DNA of 64,000 nt. Origin: Elsinoe ampelina (Eukaryota). Position 1 is the stretch's first letter. Every line of letters begins with the position of its first letter. Below are positions 45,401 through 57,650 of the stretch, one piece after another. Made by a program: the position numbers and the translations under genes. Under the pieces are notes generated by a model, which searched no databases, was not told the origin of the DNA, and saw only the letters and a list, made by a program, of their open reading frames with translations. The DNA is taken from contig ML992515.1 in NCBI GenBank assembly GCA_010093995.1, positions 239,533 to 303,532 on the forward strand, written 5' to 3'.

Positions 45401-47647
45401 ATAGAGGTCTTGCCACTGCCAGTGGGGCCAACTATGACGTTCAGCTGCCCGACCTTAAACTTCAAGTCGACGTCGATCAATTTGAAGTCCTCGTCACCAG
45501 TGGATCCCCATGAGAAATTGCAGTCGTCAAAGCCAAGAATAGGTTCGCCATTGTCGTCATACTGATCGGGCTTCAATTGCTCATACTTGTCGGTCTCTGC
45601 TTCACTGAGGTACTCCTCAACACGATCTACGGAGACCTTCGACTCCTGCACATGTGCAACCATGTCTGCAAGCTGATCCAATGGCACGCGAAGAATGCTG
45701 AAGAGAGACAGCGCCGTGAAAGCGACCGAGGGAATGAGTGGACGCTTCTCGACCATGGTATAGACCAAGAATGTCAGGAAGGAGATGATAATTGGCGCTC
45801 CCGTCCACGTTGTTGCTGCGAAACTCCACACAATGTAGCGATTTCGCAGGTGGCGAAGCTCGACTGTCCGCTTCTCGTCGACTTGGGCAGTGAATCTCTG
45901 TTCCCAGGCGAAATATTTGATGATGCGGATGTTGGTCAAGACCTCATTTGTGGTGTGAATGCGAGCATCCGTAGCAGCCAAGATCTTCTTCTGGATTACT
46001 GCGAATTGCTTGGAAATGAACAAGTTGATCGGCGCGAGAATGATCATCATACCGATGCCAGCAATTGAGCTGTACCCGAGAAGCTTGTAGAGCAGGACGA
46101 TCGCAATGACGAGCTGGACTGGCGTCTCAGCCCACAGGAAATGCAGGTAAGCGCAGACTTCGGCAACCTTGAAAGAATCGACAGCCATGAGATTGATAAT
46201 TGCTCCTGAGGTGACCTGACCCTCGTCGGTTGGCTCTTTGACAGTTGGAGGAGTCGGCTTATCCTTTTTCTTCTTGAAGAACATTGACACCTTTTTGACG
46301 AGACCAGTTGGCTTCTCGTTGTCCTTTGACTTGTTCTGGTCTTGTCCTAGAACCTTGTCTGAGCTCGCCGCAGCTCGTCTTCGGAGTGCCTTGGCATATA
46401 TCTCGCCGATAATGACCGCGCGAAGTCGAATGCAGATCTTTCGTCCTATGTAAAGCGCCTGACCCGCACTGAGAGCTTGGACTGTTCCGGAGACGAACAT
46501 TAGGATCACGTAAAACCAGGCAGCGTTGGCGGATTTGATTCCAGGGTTCTCGACGTACTCCAGAATGACCTTGAGAAGGAGTGTAGGGATGAAAGTGTTA
46601 AGCCCTGAAATGGAAGCGAAAGCAGATTGCAGGAAAATGTCCTTGGAGAAGAACTTGAGCAAATGCAAAGCAAGACTCGACGTCTTCTTGACTTGACGGT
46701 AATCCGCAAGCACCTTTGCGGCCTTGTCCTGAGGTATGAGATTCCACACATCCGGGATCTCCAAAGTCTGCTTGTATGCCTTGTAGATGAGCGGATCGAG
46801 CCAGGTAAAAGTTGCATGCCCGAAAACGCTTGCAGTCAGCTCCTTCGAGGGTTCAAGGTTACCCTCATACTCGAGCTCTACCGCTTTGTTTCCGACTCTT
46901 GTACTGAGCGCGATGATTGTGAGGACCGTGACAAGCGCAAAGTGGACGATCATGAAGGCGCGAGCATGATCTGAAACTGGGTGAATGATTTGTGAGCGGA
47001 AGAGAAGTACTCCGCAGATCCATTCGAGAAGGTAGAGGAAAGTCGTGTGGTACCAGAAGTTTGGGACACTGAGAGTCGGTTTGATTGTGAAGAGGAGTCG
47101 TAGCGACATCAGTGCTGTGATGTAGACCCATACCGCAACGCTCGCTACCGCAGCGGTCTCTCCGTGCTTCCCCCATGCTCCTGTCGTAAGAGCGGCTATT
47201 TGTATGCCGAGATCTGCGACGACCGCGAGCTCTTCAATTACCGGCACAAGAAGCTCTCCCTTTGGTTTGTCGACCGTGTACGCTGAGAGCCCTGCTCTGC
47301 TTATCGTCGGCTGCAAAGTCAAGTTCTCGGTATCCTCGACATCGTCGTCCGTATCGTCATCGCTTGATGATGCCGGGTATTTGTGTGTGCCATTCGTATG
47401 TACATACTCTCCAGTCGGATCTATGAGCGTGTAGCCTTCACGCGACCGCTTTGTCCATGGACTCGATATGAACTGTATTGCGAGAAGCGATAGTGATATG
47501 CCGACTGCTATTAAAGGAATGAGCGTCTGTAAATAGCTAGCATTTGGTCAGCGAGGGATGCGAGACAGCCCGTCTATCGTACTCATGCTGGAAACAAATT
47601 GAAAAGTCGTCGTATGACCAAATAGGTCCTGTGCAGTGGGCAAACAT
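42409..47647 (-). CDS. ABCC (MRP)-family ABC transporter, YBT1/BPT1-like vacuolar transporter, 3 exons
   Basis: Two NBDs (GPTGSGKT / LSGGQKQR; GRTGAGKS / LSQGQRQ / DEATASID) and TMDs. ATG 47647, introns 47582-47537 and 43127-43080. Confidence 0.93.
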
Positions 47648-48684
47648 GACCCAGTCTGCTTGAATTCGAGATTACCGCGGCGAGCCGCAACACCGCATCG
47701 GAGAGACAATTCTAGGTCGAGAGAATGCGTAGACCAGAAAAAGAGAGACCAGACAGATAGTTCCAGGCTGTCGGAGTATCTCTGCAGAGGTCCGAGATGT
47801 CGAGTCGGTTTGCAGCTGGTATGTGAAAGAGCTGTAGCTATCCCGCCGTTCGATTTTTGTGAGCACTCGTCAAGGAGATTTTGACATGAGATCACAACGT
47901 TCAGACCAAAGCAAAAGTGGTCGATCAGATCGCTGCTTGCCCCACCATCCGTGGTTGGCCCTGGCTTGTTTTTGTGCTCGGACGGTAAAATTCAGGTACG
48001 CACAAGCAAAGTCAAGAATGACTCTTCTCGTATCTGATGGGTCTTGGTTATTTGATATATATCTGGTGCAACATGACACAGGATCTTTGTCGCATTCGGT
48101 CCATCACCATTGTACTGCGATACGACATTAATCGTGACTCGGAGCAGGCAACGGAAGTGGCGCGAGAAACAGCACCATTTGGGGAAGGTACCAATTCACC
48201 TCACCGCATCATATCCACATTATTCCAACGAGGTCCACGCAGGCCGGTTTGCCTAACATTAGCCATCATTTTAGCTGCATATCGCTCCCCTTTGAACCCC
48301 GCAACGTCTCTGCGCCAAATGCTTGACTCATTTTGACCTCCAACCTCAATGCAGACACCGCGTGGTTGAGGTGTAAGCTTCGGCAGACCTCGAGCTTTTC
48401 TGCTTGCAGATAGGAAGCTCGGCAGGGCACAACATCAGTCAGACAGACACTCCACCTTCAAACCATTCAATTCCAACAGATGGGATCCACATGGTGGATG
48501 ACTGTCATGATTGAAGCCTGCATTTGGTCTACCGGATTTTGTTACTGCACTCGCGTCTACGGTTGATGCCTGGCTGCCTTCATCACAGAGATATCATCGC
48601 ATTCGTAAGCTTCACTATATTTCAGTAACGTTTCACCATCGCGTGGACGCAAGCCAAGACTTGATATTATTGTCATTCTTCGTT

Positions 48685-49415
48685 CTATCTCGATGCTGCC
48701 ACAGGCTGCCATGCCGCGTACTTCTGCTTCACCCTGCAATTGTTAGCAATGTTGCCGACTCGAATCGGCTGCCAAGGAAGAATTATACTTACGTGCTGTA
48801 TGGCTTGTATGCGCTTCTCGACATTGTCAATACCGGCCTGTGCTCCTTTGGCTCCCATACTCTGACCTGTCTTTGCAAGATAGGATCCTCCGTGGGTGCC
48901 TTGTCCACCATGTAAGACATCCACGCGTGCCTGTACATGGTCAATATCTGTGGCCTTGGCCATGATGAGCATTGCATACCATCCTGGCTCAATCTGTGAA
49001 CTGCATTGGGTGTCAATCACTGCCTCGATCGTTATGAAACCTTGTTGCTCACGGATCGTATTCCTTGTCCTTGTAGTCAACCCATCTCGTTCTCACTGTG
49101 CTTGTCATCAGCTACCGCATCATTTTGATCCCCAAGATCGTGCATACAAGGGAGTTCGTCTGCCAGATTTTCGTAGTACTTGTTGCCGTATAGATCGGTG
49201 CCGACGAGAGTTCCTGCTTTCGTGTCGCCAATGTACTGAGAAGGATTGTGGTCAGTCGACGTATTCGTATACAGCATGTCGGTCTTCTTACTTGCATCTG
49301 GTGGCCGAAGTCCTGTAATCCTTGTCAGTCTTGAACATGATACTACATCCTCTGCCCTGCGTACCTTCAGGCCAACTTTGCGCAGGTTGCGCAATGTGCG
49401 CATTATTGTCGACAT
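48685..49415 (-). CDS. NDUFA12: NADH:ubiquinone oxidoreductase subunit NDUFA12 (B17.2), ~7 short exons
   Basis: Spliced product MSTIMRTLRNLRKVGLK|DYGHQMQ|YIGDTKAGTLVGTDLYGNKYYEN...|RTRWVDY...|QIEPGW|HAWMSY...KPYST|VKQKYAAWQPVAASR*. Confidence 0.9.
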
Positions 49416-49657
49416 GCTGTGCTAAGCTTGACACTAAACCAGCAATGGAACGCTGAATGCGTGATGCTCAAAAGGCGGGCTCGGAAGACAGCGTGAAGTC
49501 GACGGCAGCCGCAAATGGCCAACGCTGATTGGCTGGAAATGCTTCACTTCAAGATCTCGACCTTCTGCTCACTTTCATGTTTGCTAATAAAACATGATGT
49601 TTACAAGGCCGCTGAGGCTGCAGATGACTTCACAATGGCATTGAGTATCTATCGAAA

Positions 49658-51381
49658 ATGTTGGCTCGATCACTGTCTCGTCCCGTGCGCCATGTCGCTG
49701 CCTCGTGTCGACAAAGACCACAGCAGCATTTCCGTCACTACGCTATGTACACAAAGCCGGCACCAACATCTGCATCTATGGAACCATCCGCGGCAGCACT
49801 GAAGACTCTCAACTCGGATTTTGACAAGCTCGCCCCTCGGTTTGATGTCTCTGCCTCTCAAATTTGTATCCTCGAAACGCCATCCGAATTCTACTCGACT
49901 CTCAAGGTAAGTTGATTCGAGCGCCCTGGTGGCGAATCCACAGGTGGGAAAGTGTGCTAAACAGCCGAAGGCGAAGATTTTGAGCGCGAAGAGATCTGTT
50001 TTCTTGTCTACATTGTACATTGGAAAAGAAGAGACGGAATTCGTAAGCAGTACCTCCTCCCAGGCCATCATCTCGTGCTTATGAAGATGTAGGTGAACAC
50101 TATTCGTGAGGCCCTGAGGAAGAATCCCAAACTTCGAGTCTCCATCTTGACCGATTACTTGCGAGGTACCAGAGAGAACCCCGCACGATCATGCGCCACA
50201 TTGCTTGCCGAACTCTACAAGGAGTTCCCGAAGCGGGTAGAAGTCTTCATGTACCATACACCCAACCTCAACGGCTTCAAGAAGCAGATACTGCCCGCCA
50301 GAATCAATGAGGGATGGGGCTTGCAGCATATGAAACTTTATGGATTTGATGATGAGATCATGCTCTCGGGGTGAGTCTTCCGTTTTGGAGTACCCATACC
50401 AGTATTGACAAACGAAGGGCCAATCTGTCAGATGATTATTTCACGAATCGCCAGGACCGATATCATCTCATATCCTCGGCTGAAGTCACGCAATACTATC
50501 GACGAATCTATAACGCAGTCTGCAAGCTGAGCTATAGAATGGCACCTAAAGGAGATCGAGGTGAAGAGACACATCTCAAATGGAACACGGAGAGTTCGAC
50601 GCCAAATCCGATAACGAACTCGTTGAAGTACATACAATCAGCGACCAAAGAACTTACGCCACTGATTCGACCATTCAAGCGAGCGCAGAATCCGGACGCC
50701 GACACACACATCTACCCACTTTTTCAATTCTCACCCTTATTGGAGCCAGATAGGTCAACAGAATTGACCGCCATGAAGGTTCTTCTTGCCAGACTAGCCA
50801 TGCCAGGCTTTGCTGGGTCGAGATGGACTTTCACTGCTGGGTACTTTAACATGACCCCGGAGATCAGAGAGCGATTGCTTGCCACTAACCCTGTACAAGG
50901 GACAGTCATTGCTGCATCTCCATGGGCTAACGGCTTCTACGGTAGCAAGGGCGTGTCAGGCATGTTGCCGGCAGCATATACGCACATGGCAAAGCAGTTC
51001 CTGTCTGCTGTGTCGAAGCTCAAGCTGTCCAATCAGATCAAGCTGAAGGAGTGGCGGTATGGTACTGTCAATGAGCCCGGTGGATGGACATATCATGCCA
51101 AAGGCCTCTGGATCACCTTGCCGAAAGAGAAGGATCCGAGCATCACTTTGATCGGCAGCTCAAACTACACCAAGCGCAGCTACAGCCTCGACCTCGAAGC
51201 AAACGCTTTGATCACAACAACCAACCCTGATCTCAAGAAGCGACTCGGCGAAGAGCAGGCATGGCTGCAAAAGCACGCAACAGAAGTGACGCCAACAGAC
51301 TACGAGCGAACAGAACGAAGAGTAGGCATACATGTCCGATTAGCCATGTGGATCGTAACGCTCGTCGGAGGAGCACTGTAA
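49658..51381 (+). CDS. PGS1: Phosphatidylglycerophosphate synthase (PLD superfamily), 4 exons
   Basis: Introns 49907-49970, 50043-50092 and 50371-50417. Motifs 'YHTPNL', 'EGWGLQHMKLYGFDD', 'SGANLSDDYFTNRQDRY', 'YHAKGLW', 'GSSNYTKRS'. Confidence 0.95.
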
Positions 51382-51466
51382 CAGTAGATCAACAACCATG
51401 ATTCCCATCCCTGCCCCTCAAACCATTCCCAAACGCCATGCTACCCAAGAAAACCCTCCCCATCCC

Positions 51467-51957
51467 TCACCTCAACCGATCAAACATCACCGCCTTCGGA
51501 TCCCTCGGCCTCCCATCCCTTCCGATATTCTCCCTCCCAAACCTCTCCTCCACATACAACCTCCTCGCCTCATCAAATCCCACCCTCCTCTCCTTCATGA
51601 TCCTCCTCACCTCCTCCTTTCCCTGCTCATCCAACCCCTGCCGCGCGTCTCCTCCCTCGATATTCTGCTCCAGATCGAAGTTGGCGCTGGACAAGCCCGC
51701 TTCGGCGTCGTCGCGGAATGAGCCAGGGACGGGCGTGTACCGTACTGCAGAGCGGCGGGTGAGGAGGCGGTGCAGCCAGTCTGGGATGGGGCCGGGGGAG
51801 GTGAGGTAGGGGATTGGTGGGGCGTGGGGGAGCCAGGTGGAGCGGGTGTAGTAGAGGACTGGGGAGGGTTAGTGGGAGGGTAGAGAGAGAGGGGAGGAGA
51901 TGTACCGGTTGCGGTGATGAGGAAGAAGAAGGAGATGGAGTAGTAGAGGTAGCCCAT
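51467..51957 (-). CDS. DUF2015/UPF0357 family small protein, 1 intron
   Basis: MGYLYYSISFFFLITAT + intron 51905-51859 + VLYYTRSTWLP...GLSSANFDL...GDARQGLDE...IGRDGRPRDPK. Confidence 0.8.
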
Positions 51958-52348
51958 TGTTGCTTCGGCGAGTCTGCTGCCTGGTGATACGAGAGAGTAT
52001 GTGTGAATGGTGGTGAGGATCAGTGGTGCGGTCTAGCACATGACGAAACGATTGGTGGCCTGTTCAGATGCTATTGCCAAAGCACAGAGTAAAGTGAGAA
52101 GCCCAAGAAGTCGTCGTGTGCATACGTGGTCGGCATCACACGGGATATGCTTGGCGATCCTTGACACCTTCGGCATCTCCGGCCCGTCTTGCCGTCGCAT
52201 ACAGCTCTCCGCAAAAGTTGCAGCTGCTAAAAAGTTACTGCTCACTTCACCTTCAGAAGCCTCTCGCACCCCGTCTTCTCTGCAACAATCGTGTCTCGGA
52301 ACCGAAGAAGGCACTTCTAGAGGCGCTGACCTCTTCCCGCAGCCCATC

Positions 52349-53396
52349 ATGGCCGCCCAAGGCCGCCACTGGTCCGTCCCCCCACCCCTCTCTCCTCTCC
52401 CCCACCACTAACCTCCCCAGGGAACAAGACAAAGAAGCCACCGTCTACATCGGCAACCTCGACGAACGGGTCAACGATGCCATGATCTGGGAACTCATGC
52501 TGCAAGCTGGGCGCATCGCCGGGGTCCACCTCCCCAAAGACCGCGTAACGCAGACCCACCAAGGCTTCGGTTTCGTCGAGTTTGTCTCCGAAGAAGACGC
52601 CGAGTACGCCGCCAAAATCATGAACCAGATCCGGCTGTTCGGCAAAGCGATACGCGTCAACAAGGCGTCGGCGGATAAGCAGAAGGCGCTGGACGTTGGG
52701 GCGGAATTGTTCGTGGGAAACCTGGATCCGATGGTGGATGAGCACACGCTATTCGAGACGTTCAGTCGGTTCGGGACGTTGACCAAGTTTCCTTCTGTAG
52801 CGAGAGGGGAGGATGGGTATAGCAAGGGGTTTGCTTTTGTCAGTTTCCAGGATTTCGATGCGGCGGATGCGGCGGTGGGGAATATGCATGGGCAGTATTT
52901 GATGAACAAGGAGGTGACGGTGCAGTATGCGTATAAGAAGGATGGGAGTGGGCAGAGGCATGGTGATGAGGCGGAGAGGCAGTTGGCGTCGTCGGGCAAG
53001 GCCAAGGGGATACAGCCTGTCGTGGAGCCGATCAATTTGGGGGTGGTGGGGGCGCCGACTGGGCCGGCGACGAATGGGTTTCCTGCGCAAGCACCGCCTG
53101 CTGCTCCGCCGGGGATGGCGCAGCAGAATGGGTATGGAAGGGGAAGCACACTGCCACCGGGCCAAGGCTTGCCACCGCGACCGCCGGCGAGCAATGCAGG
53201 GTATGGTGGGCCGCCGGGATATGGAGGTCCACCTGGGTATGGAGGGCCACCACCTGGTATGCCGCCGCAATTCTCCCCTGTGCAGGGTGGGTTTGGAGGT
53301 CCGCCACCAGGGATGCCGATGCAGAATGGCTATGGTGCGCCACCACCAGGGATGCCACCAGGAATGCCGCCCGGGTATCCGCCTCAGCGACGATAG
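52349..53396 (+). CDS. HSH49: U2 snRNP SF3b subunit 4 (SAP49/Hsh49), two RRMs plus Pro/Gly tail
   Basis: MAAQGRHW + intron 52372-52420 + EQDKEATVYIGNLDE...WELMLQAG...LPKDRVTQTHQGFGF...YAYKKDG..RHG. Confidence 0.95.
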
Positions 53397-53725
53397 GGCG
53401 AGCGCAGATTTGAGCGTGCATTGGGTCAAGGAAAAGTCAAGCATTAGCGTGGCGTTGCGGGTGAAGAATCCAGGTCAGATACCATGTAGACATCACCATG
53501 AGCATAATTGCGGGCCCTATGACCTGAGAGTGCGACGATCCTTCAAGTAGTGCGAATGTCCCATGTAAATGATTCCGCAGAAATGTCGATTTGAGGACCT
53601 CTCGGTCGCTTCATGATGAATCTCATTCTCGGACGAAGGCCATGTACTGGTCCTCCAAGTACACACCATGCTGCCCGCTACCCTTCCACCCCTAAGCCAT
53701 CTGCCCCTCATCCGCTCACACCAAT

Positions 53726-54341
53726 CTAAGCCTCCTCCTTCCTCGCCTTCTTGCCCCTCGGCTTCGCATCCCTCTCCCTAACCGGCCTCTGGCTCTTCTT
53801 AATCGCACCCACCCTCGCCACAGCCTCGGCCCTCAAATCAGCCCTGTAGCCCTTCTTGGCCGTGCTGCTGACCACAGAGCGGGAGATGCTGCGTGCCGGC
53901 TTGCCTCCGCCGAAAGTCTGCTTGTGCTCGGACGAGGCGGGCTTGTTGATGTTCTTGGGCGTCTTGGTGACGAAGTTGATCTTGCCGTTGGGGCCGGCGT
54001 TGATGCCGATGGCTTTGGAGTTGGCGTAGCCTGAGTACTGGGGAGGAATTAGAGGGTGTCGTGGGGAGGGGATGTGGAGTGGGAGGGGTGGGGAATTGAG
54101 AGCCTCTGGGGGATCGATGGAGGATTGAAGAGTAGCCGTACCTTGTTGCTGTGCTTGTTCAACAGGTTGAGAGGATCGCGCGAGAACTGGACACCACCAG
54201 CCTGCTTGCGCTTGACGAGGAAAGAGTTGTTCTTGCCTGTGAATGCCATTAGTATCGTGGGCGAGAAACGAGGGCGATTATAGACGTACGGGTGATCTCC
54301 CAGACCAGAGCCGGCGAAACGTTCTCGTATTCTGTAGACAT
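53726..54341 (-). CDS. RPL28: 60S ribosomal protein eL28 (L28e), 3 exons
   Basis: MSTEYENVSPALVWEITR + KNNSFLVKRKQAGGVQFSRDPLNLLNKHSNK + YSGYANSKAIGI...GYRADLRAEAVARVGAI. Introns 54289-54237 and 54141-54038. Confidence 0.93.
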
Positions 54342-54551
54342 GATGTGCGAGATGTGATCAATTGCTTGTCGTTGATTGATCTCGTCGAGGCCGTGAAATT
54401 GATGAAATGGGAAGTGGTTGTGTGGGCTTCTGGATGGGCAACTTTTGGCGAGTGTACGGTACGCTATATGCTCAGATATGCTTCATCGACCGGAGGCTTC
54501 AAAAAATCGCGAGCGATGCCGCGGACTCCATCAACCACTTCAGACGCCAGG

Positions 54552-54812
54552 ATGCAGTTGTCAGAGGAGACCAAGGTCAGTGAAATTTCATGCTGGCTAG
54601 ATCCCTGAATGCTAAACCTAGTTCAGGAGCGCATCGGTCGCATTATCGACATTTCCCGCAATGTCATCCACTACGGATACCTTCCCTTCATCCTCTATCT
54701 CGGATACACCAGGAGTAACCCGAGACCTACCTTGATCAAGTAAGGATCATTCCAACATACGGTAAATAGGATCGCTGACATCAGAAGACTCTTCTCTCCT
54801 CTCGCGAATTAG
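54552..54812 (+). CDS. TOM7: Mitochondrial import receptor subunit Tom7, 3 exons
   Basis: Spliced [53 protein letters not shown]. It is absent from the ORF track. Confidence 0.92.
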
Positions 54813-55112
54813 ACACAACCTCTCAGGAGCTCTTCCACAACCACGTAGGGTGTACCTGGCAATGCCGCGAACAGGACGCATGGCGCAGGCGTAATACGAG
54901 CAGTCGTAGTCGCAAGGCAGGCATCTACATCTCCCGACTGTGAGAGCACGATGCGGGAGGCTAGGCGAGCTTAGTGCGAGGACGAAACATACATGTACAT
55001 TAGGAGCTCTCGAAAAGTCGGATGAGAGACACAAGCGCCTGGAGGCGACCTTTGATACCAAGATCAACATAGCACGATATCCTCCCCCTCCAGAATCGCG
55101 TCTACGGGATAT

Positions 55113-57650
55113 TCATCCTCCCCTGTTGAGGTTTCCAAACCTGCTGCTGAAGCCACCAAAGTTCATGTTTGGCATGTTCATACCCCGTCTCTCCTGCGCC
55201 GGTGGGCTCTGCGTGGCCGCGCGAGCATCTGCAGCTGCTTGCGCTACCCCTTGTGATATCTTCTCTAGCAACAATGCACCGTTTGCGCGATCGACCTTGC
55301 CGAATCTCTTCCTGCTCCTTTCCGCATCGAAAAACTCCTCTTCCGCACGTCCGTCTGGGCTGGCGGCAAGTGACATGAGATCTTTGGTCTGTTGCAACTC
55401 CTCCAGGCCAGCTAGCAGCGAGGCATTGGTGTCCTGACTTCGCACAAAGTCAACAAGGTGATTGACGTCCAATCCGTATGCACGAACTGCTTGTGGGGAG
55501 ATGCGACGGACCCTGTCATCGAGAGGTAAGCGGAGTATGGAACTCGATATGTGGCTGAGAGCGTCAAAATAGATAAGCTCCTTGATCTGCGCCGGTAGGC
55601 CGAGAAGCACCGAGGTCATGATGTTGGACAAGTATCGAGTGAGTTCCGACATGTACATGGAGACCTCGTCTGGTGGTATAGCGCTGGTCCAGTCGTATTC
55701 GTCGTTCTCAACGAGATCGTCAATCTTGCTGTTGACAAGCTCGAAGATGCGTCTTTCTGCCTTCTTCTTGGCCTCGGCGAATAGCTGAGTGGCGCGAAGG
55801 GTGATTGCTCCGGCGGCGGAGGAGGAGCTACGGGCTTCGACAAGGAGTGACTGCAATTCGTGACACGCTCGTTCAAAGTGGTCGAGATTGGTGAGGATTT
55901 GTACTATCTGACCAGGGTATTGGGATGAAAGACGTTCTACCAGGGAAGCACAGACTTTGTCACTAAGCAGGTCGTCGAGAGACTGTTATAATCAGTATTA
56001 GTCCAGCTTGGACAGATAGATCTCCTTACCGTCTTCAATGTATCGTCGATTAAAGAAGCATTTTGAAAATGGTCGTCGGAGAAGAGGTACATCTGGTTCA
56101 GGAAATTGCGAATATCGATGCAACACAGAGGATACATCTGTGAGAAGGGTAAAACACAGGGAAATCTGTCCTCATTAGCGGCGCTCTCAAGACTGAGATA
56201 TATGACATACTGTACTGCTTGATCCGCATCTGGAGTGTACCAGCTGACGTCCAGCACCTTCTGATACTCTTCTGGGTTGTTGATTGGCATGGGCATGTAG
56301 TCGTCGGTGGAGACTACCTCAGAGAAGTCTTCGCTGAATCGTTGTTTCAACAAGTCGGCGTACTTTTCAAAGAGTGTAACGGTAAGCTTGTCGAACAAAG
56401 TGACTGGGTAGCCCCAGCTATCGACAGTCTGAATGAACAGAGCAACGACGCTCTTGATCCGGAGAAGCTTCTCGTCACTGGTGACTGTCGGTAAGGCGCT
56501 AACGATGAGGTTGATAGACTTTTGGCACATGTTATCCCACAGCTCGTCAATATCAGTAGAGGTCCTGAGATTCTCCGTCCGCTCTAGAGTGGCTTTCTCG
56601 ATGAAGGCAAATCCAGCAATACTCTCAAGAAGACTGCTGAGCTCGTTTGCCTCTTCATCAACCAGGTCGAGGCCTCGTTGTGGAATGAGTCGATCATTCT
56701 GCTCACGCCGGGTTGCTGCATATTCTTGCCTGAACTTCTCTGTCTCTCCGAGAGCATCATGAATGTACAAAGCCTCAAATAGTGGCGTGAAGTCAACTTG
56801 AACGTCATCGTTGTTGAGCATGTCGAACTCTTCGCTTTCATCTGCCACAGTCTCGACAGCTGAATTGAGTCGCAATCCGGTGAAGAGCTCGTTCTGCTCG
56901 GTTCGTTCCTTCAACCTGTCACGCCGCAGTCCAGTCTGGTAGAAAGCCATCTCGCCGAGGAATTGCGAAACTTCCCTTAGCCGGTACAGCCAGGTGTTCA
57001 GGTCCCGCATCACAGCATCTGCAATCATCCGCTGGGTTGCTGGAACAGACTGTTCAATCATCTCGGCAATTTTATACCGTGTGACCTCTCGGAGATGAAC
57101 ATGCTTCAACTCGTCAAGAGCTCGCAAAGCCGCATAGTGATTCTTCTTGGCCAGCAGATCATGGACTTGGTTCGACAAGCGAAGCACTTCCAAGCAGTCT
57201 TTTAGAGCTTGTGATGTCTCGTCAATGTTATGACGCACACCACGGGAGTCAACAAGAGCTTTCTTCTGCTGCGCAAGACGTTCAGTGCTGCTCTCAATTG
57301 ATTGGCTCAGATTCATGATCTCCGCAGTCAGAGACATGGTACCCTCCCGGACGGATTGCAGCTGCTTGACGGAATTGATAAAGTCCTGATGGTTGCTATT
57401 GCATATTCGTTCAATCTCTGATTCGCGTTCTCCAGATACCTGATTGAGAGCCTGCATCAGGTTGTTGGCTTTATCTGGGTTGTTGACATCCCGGATGATG
57501 GGGATCAGCTGATCCAAATAATCTGCATCGGAGGAGGACAGAACAATCTGCCATCTATCAATATCATTTTGATGTGAAAGCCCAGTCGATATCTCTGACC
57601 TGTTGTACCGCGCCGATGTACTCCTCATGAGGTTCGTAGAAGGCGGGCAT
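55113..57650 (-). CDS. SEC15: Exocyst complex component Sec15, ~4 exons
   Basis: Motifs 'EIERICNSNHQDF', 'YAALRALDEL', 'DFTPLFEALYIH', 'DDYMPM', 'PFSQMYPLCC', 'IFELVNSKIDD'. ATG 57650, with introns near 57599-57549, 56211-56166 and 56028-55982. Confidence 0.93.
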
